The notes under the pieces are model-generated. The model had not been told where the DNA came from. It ran no database searches and saw only the letters and a program-made list of their open reading frames with translations. Position numbers and translations under genes: made by a program. 64,000 bases of DNA from a virus, in IMG/VR virus record IMGVR_UViG_3300015360_000042, positions 2,426 through 66,425 of that record; one strand, written 5' to 3'. Positions 9,497-17,595 of the stretch are shown here, one piece after another; the first letter of the stretch is position 1, and each line of letters opens with the position of its first letter.

Positions 9497-9530
9497 AGAA
9501 GGGAGATGAAATATTCTCCCTTCTTTTTAT
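9497..9530 (+). terminator. Rho-independent terminator after capsid gene
   Basis: AGAAGGGAGA-tgaaatat-TCTCCCTTCT, then TTTT. Confidence 0.85.
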
Positions 9531-9543
9531 TTAAAGGATTGTT

Positions 9544-9939
9544 ATGAAAGTAAAATTAAAAAATTTATCAGAAGGCCAAACAACAATAAAACCAAATATT
9601 GGTGCCTATCGTCCTTTCATTAATTTAAAGGCGCACGAGGAACTAGTTATTGTTGAAAATGAGATTACAGAGTACAGCGTGGCACTGCATGGTTTAGTTA
9701 TCGCTGGTGTTTTGTCAAAAATTCTTGAAGATGAAACTGCGATAGACGATGAACCGGTAGGTATTGACGAGGTATTGTTATTAACTGCAGTGGAGTCTCA
9801 AATTGCTATCGACGCTGTGAAAGTTGAAATAAAGTCTTTAGAGGTTGAATTTAAATCATCGACCGTAACTAAGGAACGTAAGAAAGAAATTAAAGACGAA
9901 GTGCTATTATTAAAGCAAAAAATTAAAGCGCTTAAGTAA
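9544..9939 (+). CDS. Hypothetical protein
   Basis: 131-aa ORF with RBS AAGGA and a C-terminal coiled coil. Confidence 0.6.
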   Translation: MKVKLKNLSEGQTTIKPNIGAYRPFINLKAHEELVIVENEITEYSVALHGLVIAGVLSKILEDETAIDDEPVGIDEVLLLTAVESQIAIDAVKVEIKSLEVEFKSSTVTKERKKEIKDEVLLLKQKIKALK

Positions 9940-9948
9940 GAGGTTTTT

Positions 9949-10629
9949 TTGAAAATACAGGAAATCTTCGATAGAACCTTAATACGGTCTGGACAATTTG
10001 TTCTTGCGAAAAGCAAGGTAGAATTGGACATTGATAATTTTAGGGTGTTGGTCGAAGATGCACTGGCGGAATACAATAAACATAAACCAATTGATAAAAT
10101 TTATAACTTAGAATTGGTTTCTCCCAGACAATACAATTGGGATTTACACTTAGATCCTATTTTTAATCGTTCACCTGATTGGATTAGTGAATGTACTCCA
10201 ATGAAGTACGGCGCGGTTTCAATATCTTCTTTCTACATGCAAAATTATTATAACCAAGAGTCTCAGTATTTAATTAACCCAACCGAGGCACCTTGGGATT
10301 ATACAAAACCGCTATTAACAGTACCGTTCTCTTCAAGATATAAAATTATTGCAGTGTACAATCATACAATAGAACAAGTCATGGATGATCAAGGTCTTCC
10401 AACAAACGATTGGGAAATTAAATCAATTTCGTCAAAAGATACTCATCTATTAAAACTAATCCAGGCCTATTTTCTTCAAGGTATAGGACGAAGTAGAAAG
10501 GCATTCACTTTAAACGATTTACCCATCATTATGGATGCCGATGCAATAGCCGCTGAGGGTAACGAACTAGAAGAAAAAACATTAGAGGGATTACGAAATT
10601 CATCTAAATTTCATTTATCAATGGGATAG
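9949..10629 (+). CDS. Putative neck/head-completion protein (gp13-like)
   Basis: TTG start with RBS GAGG. 'IGRSRKAFTL...MDADAIAAEGNELEEKTLEGL' resembles neck-1 C-termini. Position after the capsid gene fits. Confidence 0.6.
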   Translation: MKIQEIFDRTLIRSGQFVLAKSKVELDIDNFRVLVEDALAEYNKHKPIDKIYNLELVSPRQYNWDLHLDPIFNRSPDWISECTPMKYGAVSISSFYMQNYYNQESQYLINPTEAPWDYTKPLLTVPFSSRYKIIAVYNHTIEQVMDDQGLPTNDWEIKSISSKDTHLLKLIQAYFLQGIGRSRKAFTLNDLPIIMDADAIAAEGNELEEKTLEGLRNSSKFHLSMG

Positions 10630-10630
10630 T

Positions 10631-10659
10631 TTGTAGCTAAAATGATTTAATGTTAAAGT
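10631..10659 (+). promoter_or_regulatory. Sigma70-like promoter
   Basis: TTGTAG-17 bp-TAAAGT with a TG extended -10. Confidence 0.45.
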
Positions 10660-10700
10660 ATTGGATAATTAATACAAAAACAAATAACAATGGAGCAAAT

Positions 10701-11300
10701 ATGAATAGATTAGAACTGCATATTAAAAAACTAAGTGAAGGCCTAAACGAGGACGCACAACCAGAAGTGGCCACGCCAATTGTTACTCAAGAAGTTGACA
10801 CCGATGACGAGCAGTTACTTGCTTTATTAGATAAATATTTTCAAAGAGTTTCTAAGAAACCACTAGCGGTTAAATCTGAAAAGTTACAAGAATTAATAAA
10901 TCGCTTAATTAATCAAATGATTGGTATGCCTCGTGGTGAGAAAGAGGCACGAATGGCAATTAAATTAGCGATTAAGTCAGTAAACGAAGCAGAAGATGAA
11001 AAACCTAAGTCAGAAGAACCAGAAAAAAAAGTTGTTTCTGAAGATGAAGACGAAAAAGAGGTTTCGGAAGACGCTCAAGCCGCTAGAGGACACGCAAAAG
11101 ATTTAATTGGCTTAAAAGAAAAAAGACGCGCGTTAGAAGATAAGATTTCTAAATTGGTTGCTAAAAAAAAAATGGAATCCGATGATAAAAAATACGCTTC
11201 ACTAACTGGCCAAATTTCATCTTTACATGACGAGGCGCTAAAACTGACTGACGCAATCAAAAAAGTTTCTGCCAAAAAGAAAAAGGCCATGGAAAAATAA
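10701..11300 (+). CDS. Charged hypothetical protein, likely internal head protein
   Basis: The better start is ATG 10701 (RBS GGAG) rather than 10650. Repeated L/V-x-E sites (LSEG, LNED, VNEA, VSED) resemble T4 gp21 cleavage sites. Confidence 0.55.
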   Translation: MNRLELHIKKLSEGLNEDAQPEVATPIVTQEVDTDDEQLLALLDKYFQRVSKKPLAVKSEKLQELINRLINQMIGMPRGEKEARMAIKLAIKSVNEAEDEKPKSEEPEKKVVSEDEDEKEVSEDAQAARGHAKDLIGLKEKRRALEDKISKLVAKKKMESDDKKYASLTGQISSLHDEALKLTDAIKKVSAKKKKAMEK

Positions 11301-11887
11301 TGCCAGTTTTACTAAAAGACATTAAGAAGGAGTTGGAAAAAGATCGATCGAAGGTCGGACTTAATTCAAGAGGTGAGTATAAGTTTACTCCTCCGAATAT
11401 TGTTTCTAGAAAATTAGCAGATTATACCGATTTAAAGATTTCGAAATTTAACACAAATCCAAAAATCAAGTTGAACGCAATTGACTATGTCGGAGCGGTT
11501 AGCTCTGAAACCTTAAATCGAAAATATAAGGTTACTGTTCGATTTGTGGATATGTATTTCTCAAAAGAATTGCCATTGGATAAATCTTATACAATTGAAG
11601 ATGAAATAATGAGCAACGGGATTAAAGTCAAAATCTTCTACCCGATTATACGAGCGAGCACGCAACGTGCAATGTTTAAATGTGCGTGTCAAGATTTTCG
11701 ACATAGATTTGAAACAGAACTATCAGATATCGATTCATTAATAGGTAGACCGCGAGAATATACAAGAGAAACTCCTCCGTGGCCGATCGGTAGACCCTAC
11801 GCAAACGTCACGCATAAAGTAGGAATCTGTAAGCACGTTAACTCAATGATAAATCATTTAAAAAGTAAAAAGTTTTTAAGAGAGTAA
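11300..11887 (+). CDS. SWIM-type Zn-finger protein
   Basis: CACQDF ... ICKH motif. Confidence 0.65.
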   Translation: MPVLLKDIKKELEKDRSKVGLNSRGEYKFTPPNIVSRKLADYTDLKISKFNTNPKIKLNAIDYVGAVSSETLNRKYKVTVRFVDMYFSKELPLDKSYTIEDEIMSNGIKVKIFYPIIRASTQRAMFKCACQDFRHRFETELSDIDSLIGRPREYTRETPPWPIGRPYANVTHKVGICKHVNSMINHLKSKKFLRE

Positions 11888-11889
11888 AT

Positions 11890-12297
11890 ATGAGTAGCTT
11901 CTATTCAGAGATGGAAAGAATTATTAAAGCAAACGGGGCAAACGGCCTTGAGCACGCGCTATTTTACTACGGGCTGGATTTAGAATTGTATAGACCAATT
12001 AAGCGAAGTGTTTACTCAACTGTCCATGGCCGTGATTCTGGTGATCCCATTCAACTCGTAAAGACAATGAGAGGAATCATTCAATCGGATGACTTTTTCC
12101 CATCCACAGGAAGCTTCTCTGGTAATTACAACAGCGCCTTTTTATACACAAATGACGATGGCGTTTTGGTTGGAGACGAGATCAAGATACTTGCAGAAGA
12201 TGATAAAAGACGGCACTATAAAATAACTGAAATTGAGACACTTGGTCTAACCACCGAGGTTTTTAAAAAATATAAACTTAGCAATACCATTGCTTAA
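11890..12297 (+). CDS. Putative head-closure/neck protein
   Basis: Beta-barrel-like C-terminus 'VLVGDEIKIL...YKITEIE'. Position between head and tail genes. Confidence 0.5.
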   Translation: MSSFYSEMERIIKANGANGLEHALFYYGLDLELYRPIKRSVYSTVHGRDSGDPIQLVKTMRGIIQSDDFFPSTGSFSGNYNSAFLYTNDDGVLVGDEIKILAEDDKRRHYKITEIETLGLTTEVFKKYKLSNTIA

Positions 12298-12310
12298 TTA
12301 AGGAGAATTT

Positions 12311-12766
12311 ATGGCCATTAAAGCACCAGCGCACTCTAAAAACGTAAGCGCGAGAACGCTACTTGAAAAGTTTAACACTCAATTTGGTAATAAATACAAA
12401 TTGACTGAAGAAGAAGAAAAAGATTTAAAAGATGCTGATAAAGAAATGAAAGAAGAAGATGAATTAGAAAAAGACACTGAAGAAGATATGAACGCAACAG
12501 GTGAACAACCAGTTGGTGTTGCACAAGTGATTGAAGACTTAATTGCTCAACAATTTTCTAAAGACGGCGATTCAATGAAAGAAGCTTGCGATGGCATGGA
12601 CAAACTTGTTGAAGCGATTGAAGCAGGTGATCCACAAGCTAAAGCATTCATGGAAGCCTTAGACTGTGCTACATCGGCAATGGAATTAAAAGAAGATGGT
12701 GAAGATTCTTCTTACGGTTTCAATAAAGATAAATTGGTTGAGAAAAAATTTAAAAAGAAGAAGTAA
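12311..12766 (+). CDS. Acidic hypothetical protein (possible internal head protein)
   Basis: Strong RBS AAGGAG. E/D/K-rich with L-x-E sites. Confidence 0.55.
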   Translation: MAIKAPAHSKNVSARTLLEKFNTQFGNKYKLTEEEEKDLKDADKEMKEEDELEKDTEEDMNATGEQPVGVAQVIEDLIAQQFSKDGDSMKEACDGMDKLVEAIEAGDPQAKAFMEALDCATSAMELKEDGEDSSYGFNKDKLVEKKFKKKK

Positions 12767-13458
12767 TGTCTACAGGCCCAAATTATTCAAATAGTCAGCA
12801 CGACGTTATCACCACTGTTAGTCATTTTGAAGTAGAGTTTGAAAAAATGATACTTGAAGAAATGCCTAACATTGGTGTCATTTACGATGAGGAGCTAACC
12901 TACGAATCGGGGCTAAGATCCTATATTGCAAAAATGAATTACACGCAGGGGCACATAATAACTGAACCGTTATTTATTTATAATCGAACGGTGATGCGCG
13001 ATTCTTTAAATCCACCATCAAAAAGGTTAAATAACTTTAACGCAGTAATGAAGGTTGACAATAAAGCAGTTAGCTATGCTGTAAGTCATTCTGAATTCGA
13101 TATACAATTTATGTATATTTCAAAATCAGTTGAATTAATGGAAAAATTTGAAGTGGTTTATTCAAGTGAAGAAGGTATCTCAAGCTCAAAACAATTAGTT
13201 GTGCCCATTGGCCCACTAGGTGACTTCAAGTATTTTTTAACTTGGAACGAATTAACTGAAAAGATAATCAATCGTGAGGATTCGGCCTATAAGGCAATAA
13301 TTGGAAGTGTGATTGTTAGAGGAATGTTTTTTACATTTAGAAGTACATCAGAAATTATTAAACAGATTAATGCCAAAATTTACGCATCTAATGATATTCT
13401 AAATAAATCAAAAGATGAACTATTAAACGGACCAGACGGAATTATTATTCCAACATAA
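12766..13458 (+). CDS. Putative tail terminator/completion protein (gp15-like)
   Basis: Position just before the sheath and a beta-rich pattern. Confidence 0.45.
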   Translation: MSTGPNYSNSQHDVITTVSHFEVEFEKMILEEMPNIGVIYDEELTYESGLRSYIAKMNYTQGHIITEPLFIYNRTVMRDSLNPPSKRLNNFNAVMKVDNKAVSYAVSHSEFDIQFMYISKSVELMEKFEVVYSSEEGISSSKQLVVPIGPLGDFKYFLTWNELTEKIINREDSAYKAIIGSVIVRGMFFTFRSTSEIIKQINAKIYASNDILNKSKDELLNGPDGIIIPT

Positions 13459-13466
13459 GGATATGT

Positions 13467-13751
13467 ATGTCAAAAAATAAAATTAAGCTTGAAGTTGTAG
13501 AGGGTAATATCGGTGATACTAGCGAAATTGAAAAAATAAAGTTAGAATCATTTAAGGAATTAGTAAAAGAAGGAAACTCTTCCGCATTAACGGAAGTCAA
13601 TCCATTGTTACTTTTATCTAGCGCCGACCATAACATACATGTTAAAGTTGGTAAAAATACAATAATCGTTCCTCCAAGAGGAATGGTAAAAGTGTCTGAT
13701 TCAACAGAGCTTGGTGTATTGCCAGTGGGTATCGTCTCTAGACCTGTGTAG
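13467..13751 (+). CDS. Hypothetical protein
   Basis: 94-aa ORF with RBS AAGGA. Confidence 0.55.
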   Translation: MSKNKIKLEVVEGNIGDTSEIEKIKLESFKELVKEGNSSALTEVNPLLLLSSADHNIHVKVGKNTIIVPPRGMVKVSDSTELGVLPVGIVSRPV

Positions 13752-13811
13752 TCAATTAGTTAAAGTCAATTTTAAAAAATTTTTTAATTAGTTAAATTAT
13801 ATGGAGGTCAT

Positions 13812-15401
13812 ATGGGTGGAGCCGCGGCGGTAAGATTACAGGAAATCGATCTTTCTACCAGAGTCGCTTCTTTTGCTGGTGTTTACGGAGCAATTTGTAT
13901 CCCATCAAAAAAGGGCGATATCTCTAAAGCAACTTTAGTGACAAACGATGCACAACTTTTAAGCCGCTATACACCAGACTCAAGTGTTGCTGTTGGCTAT
14001 GATTTATCGCATTTTTCGGCACTAGCGTTTCTGGAAAAATCAAACAAATTATGGGTTAAGCGAGTAGCAAATAGTGCGCACTTCGCCGGTTGTGTAATTC
14101 AACAATCAGCGGCTGTTGGCGCAAATGCTTTTTTCGGTGGATCAGAGAATATGACAGATCCATCGGCCAGAGTTTTTGGTGCTGATGAATTATTTATTCT
14201 TCACAGTGCTAATGAAGGTGCGTGGGGGAACAATATTAGAATTAAAATTCTAACTACTACTGCAATCCCATTACTAACAGAGCCGAACGCTTTTAAAATT
14301 GAAGTATATAAATCAACCAACCTTTCTACGCCTCTTGAAACTTTTATTGTTTCTAGAGTACAAGGCCAAAAAGACGGTCGCGGAAGAAACATGTTTATTG
14401 AAGACGTACTATTGGCGTCTGCTTACATTAGAGCTAGATCAAATATTTTAATTAGTGATGTTACTTTACCAAAAGTTCAACTAACAGCATTGGCCCTTGC
14501 AGATGGTATCGATGGATCGGCCGTGACCGATTCTAATATGGTTGCCAGTGCAAATGTTTTTTTAAACAAAGATGCTTATCCTGTTACTATTCTAATGGAT
14601 GGTGGATACGCAATACCGGCATATCAGGTGGCGTTAGATTTAATTGCAAACACTCGTCAAGATTGTATTGCGATTCTTTCAACTCCGTATTCTGATCAAG
14701 TTAGCGCATCTTATATGGCCGACCTTGTGGACTATAGAAAAACCGACTTGAACTTAAACAGTTCGTACTCGGCCCTCTATGCTCCTCACTTACAAATTCA
14801 AGATAAATTTAACGATAGAAAATTATGGATTTCACCAGATGGACATGTGGCGGCGAATGTTTCATTCTCTGCTAATAACTACGAAATTTGGTATCCTTCA
14901 GCAGGTTTTAAACGCGGAATTTTAAACGTACTAGATTTACGCGTGATTTTTACAGCTGGTGAATTGGATGAATTAGTAAACGCAGGAATCAATCCAATCA
15001 GATTTTTTTCTGGTCGAGGAATTGTTGTTTGGGGTCAGAAAACTTTATTGAATAGAGAATCAGCTTTAAATAGATTGAATGTTCGTTTGATGTTAATCGT
15101 TATCGAACCAGCAATTAAGGATTTATTAGAAAATTTTCTATTCGAATTAAATGACGATTCAACAAGATCAATCATTGAAGTTAAAATTGAGTCTTACCTT
15201 GATACAATTAAGGCAAGAAAAGGTGTAACTGATTTCGATGTGGTATGTGATGAAACAAATAATTCTGCAGAAGACATTGATGCAAACAGATTAAATGTTG
15301 ATGTGTATATTAAACCAACTTACTCAGTAGAAGAAATTCCTTTGAGAATAGTTATCACGCCATCGAACATTAGTTTCAGTGACGCCGCTGGTGCAATTTA
15401 A
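13812..15401 (+). CDS. Tail sheath protein
   Basis: 'EIDLS', 'WYPSAGFKRG', 'GINPI', 'VVWGQKTL', 'RLNVRL', 'FELND', 'VVCDETNN' and 'VYIKP' are canonical gp18/FI sheath motifs. Confidence 0.95.
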   Translation: MGGAAAVRLQEIDLSTRVASFAGVYGAICIPSKKGDISKATLVTNDAQLLSRYTPDSSVAVGYDLSHFSALAFLEKSNKLWVKRVANSAHFAGCVIQQSAAVGANAFFGGSENMTDPSARVFGADELFILHSANEGAWGNNIRIKILTTTAIPLLTEPNAFKIEVYKSTNLSTPLETFIVSRVQGQKDGRGRNMFIEDVLLASAYIRARSNILISDVTLPKVQLTALALADGIDGSAVTDSNMVASANVFLNKDAYPVTILMDGGYAIPAYQVALDLIANTRQDCIAILSTPYSDQVSASYMADLVDYRKTDLNLNSSYSALYAPHLQIQDKFNDRKLWISPDGHVAANVSFSANNYEIWYPSAGFKRGILNVLDLRVIFTAGELDELVNAGINPIRFFSGRGIVVWGQKTLLNRESALNRLNVRLMLIVIEPAIKDLLENFLFELNDDSTRSIIEVKIESYLDTIKARKGVTDFDVVCDETNNSAEDIDANRLNVDVYIKPTYSVEEIPLRIVITPSNISFSDAAGAI

Positions 15402-15413
15402 TAGGGAGAATTT

Positions 15414-15944
15414 ATGGCTAAAATAAATATGGACCAACTAAGAGCGCTTCCAGACTACGCCCAGATGACGAAGTGGAATGTAACTTTTGTTACATTGCCA
15501 GTAATCGGACTTCTTGGATTTCCGTTGTCTGAGGCGTTAAATTTAAGATGTGAGAGTATTGAATTTCCAAAAGCATCAAACCAAAAATTTGAAGTAATGA
15601 CACGCGGTCATAAAACGCTTCACAGCGGTATTATGGACTACGGTAACACAATGACACTAACCTTTATTGAAACTGTGGATAACACTGTTTTCAAGCTAAT
15701 CAAGGCGTGGCGCGAAGTGTGTTGGTCAACTCGTCAAGGGCGAGCTTTCAGTAAGAAAGATATTGAGGCAACGATTTTGATTGAGCTATTAGACAATCAA
15801 GATAATACACGAGCTAAATATACTGTGTATGGTTGCTTTTATGAAAGTGATGATTCGGGTACTGGAGATGCTTCTAGTTCAGATGCTATCAAACCAACTT
15901 TGACTCTTTCTTACGATTTCTATACAGATTCGCCTTTAGTTTAA
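15414..15944 (+). CDS. Tail tube protein (gp19-like)
   Basis: 176 aa directly after the sheath, with 'LRCESIEFP', 'AWRE' and 'LTLSYD'. Confidence 0.85.
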   Translation: MAKINMDQLRALPDYAQMTKWNVTFVTLPVIGLLGFPLSEALNLRCESIEFPKASNQKFEVMTRGHKTLHSGIMDYGNTMTLTFIETVDNTVFKLIKAWREVCWSTRQGRAFSKKDIEATILIELLDNQDNTRAKYTVYGCFYESDDSGTGDASSSDAIKPTLTLSYDFYTDSPLV

Positions 15945-15953
15945 TTTTTAATG

Positions 15954-15987
15954 GAGTTCTTGGTTTTCCAAGGACTCTTTCTCTTTT
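15954..15987 (+). terminator. Rho-independent terminator after tube gene
   Basis: GAGTTCTTGG-tttt-CCAAGGACTC followed by a T-rich run. Confidence 0.75.
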
Positions 15988-16028
15988 CAAAATTCAATCA
16001 CTAAGCTAACCTTATATAAAGAGGACTT

Positions 16029-16688
16029 ATGCCATTTGGTTTACCCAACGTAGAGCAAACAATATCAAATTTTTTAGAAGGTAAGCGTGGCATTACCCTT
16101 CAGCGCTCTGTAGATTTTGATGCAAAATATTTATGGCTAGTAGAGTTTACCGATTCATTGGCATCACCTCCAGCACCGTTTGATCAATTTTTTCCAGTAA
16201 ACGACATCACTATTCCAATGGCAATTGCCGAAGCCGGAACAATTGATTTACCAAATACAACAATGAAATATCCATCGAGACAACAATCTAAAGATATGAA
16301 TATGTCGTTTTATGACGATACTAGAAAAACATTAATGAGATACTTTAAAGATTGGATTGAATTAGATATTCACAATGATGGTCAGGGTATCTCAGGATTA
16401 AAAGATAATCATCCTTGCGTAAGGCCTGATTCATTTAATAATATTAGAAATGTTTCTCCTGTTAGAGAGATGAGAGTGGCTTTTCTTGATGCATGGAAAG
16501 ATGAGATGCATACAATGACTTATTGGATTTTCCCAGAAGGCAATCTAGATTTCAATGGGGCAAATACTTCGGATGCGCAAATGTACACAATGTCGTTTAG
16601 CATTGTGGCCGAGAAGACTGGGACGGCAACTAAATTGAGTTTATTAAGCGTACAAAACGCATTAGAAACAATAGGAAGATTTTTTTAA
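16029..16688 (+). CDS. Tube-fold baseplate/tail-tube initiator (gp54/gp48-like)
   Basis: Tube-like pattern 'MNMSFYDD...YFKDW...YTMSFSI'. Follows the tube gene. Confidence 0.6.
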   Translation: MPFGLPNVEQTISNFLEGKRGITLQRSVDFDAKYLWLVEFTDSLASPPAPFDQFFPVNDITIPMAIAEAGTIDLPNTTMKYPSRQQSKDMNMSFYDDTRKTLMRYFKDWIELDIHNDGQGISGLKDNHPCVRPDSFNNIRNVSPVREMRVAFLDAWKDEMHTMTYWIFPEGNLDFNGANTSDAQMYTMSFSIVAEKTGTATKLSLLSVQNALETIGRFF

Positions 16689-16697
16689 GGAGAAGTC

Positions 16698-17483
16698 ATG
16701 GAAAGTCAAAATTTACTACCGTTCATGGAAATCGAATGTAAACATTTACCGAGCAGAGGATTACCGTATCCAATTGATTCAGTTTTAAAATACCGAACGT
16801 ACACTCATGGTGAAGTGCGACAGGTATCTGTTTCTAAACCGACGATTGCAACTCTACTGCAAAATATTTTAGCAGGTGTTAAATCCGATACGGTTGATAT
16901 CAATAAATTAACAATTATTGATGCATTTTACATTGGTATTCTAAGAAAGGTATCAACACTAAATGGTATGCAGTTTGAGTTGCCGTTCGAATGTGAATCA
17001 TGCGGACATAAATCAAAAGAAATTTATAGTGAAAAAGATATTGAGTTTAACGATATCTCATCAGATGTGACGGCCTTGCCAATCAGAGTAAAACTAAACG
17101 GTAAAGAATGTAAATTTAGTCCACTAACTGTTAAGGCATTCCTTGATTTAGAAAGCGGAAGATATTCAAAATTCGTTAAAAACTCAAAAGCAAATGCTAC
17201 AGCGGTTGAGGCACTGCAAATTGAGAATCTAGAGTTTAAAGACGCTTATGATTTGTTATTTAATCTAACCTCACATGATGACATTGCGGATTTGGAAGAT
17301 GTTGATAAACTATTAAAGCACGATCTAAAGCCTCTTATTGCAATTTGTAGTAACACGCTAGAAGACGGATCTGTTTGTTCTTTTAAGAACGAATTGAGAA
17401 TCGAGGGGAGAGACGCATTAATCATGCCCTTTCGTGGAACCCAGGGACTTAATCGAGATAGAATTCGGTTTGGCGCTGAATAA
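16698..17483 (+). CDS. Tail/baseplate-hub assembly chaperone (gp26-like)
   Basis: 'LPSRGLPYP', CESCGH, and a further Cys pair near the C-terminus. Located just before the tape measure gene. Confidence 0.7.
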   Translation: MESQNLLPFMEIECKHLPSRGLPYPIDSVLKYRTYTHGEVRQVSVSKPTIATLLQNILAGVKSDTVDINKLTIIDAFYIGILRKVSTLNGMQFELPFECESCGHKSKEIYSEKDIEFNDISSDVTALPIRVKLNGKECKFSPLTVKAFLDLESGRYSKFVKNSKANATAVEALQIENLEFKDAYDLLFNLTSHDDIADLEDVDKLLKHDLKPLIAICSNTLEDGSVCSFKNELRIEGRDALIMPFRGTQGLNRDRIRFGAE

Positions 17484-17595
17484 GATTGTCGATACCTATC
17501 ATGTGCAATTACTTGAGTTCGTTCACGTACTGGAATTGCATCATAAGGTACAGGCCTATTTAAAAAAGGTATCTGAGGAAAATAAAAATGGATAA
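17431..17595 (+). CDS. Hidden +1 frame ORF (gp51/lambda gpT-like chaperone extension), probably reached by frameshift
   Basis: The +1 frame reads FVEPRDLIEIEFGLALNKIVDTYHVQLLEFVHVLELHHKVQAYLKKVSEENKNG*. It fills the gap to the tape measure gene and overlaps its ATG. It is missing from the ORF track (<60 aa). Confidence 0.7.
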   Translation, partial: FVEPRDLIEIEFGLALNKIVDTYHVQLLEFVHVLELHHKVQAYLKKVSEENKNG

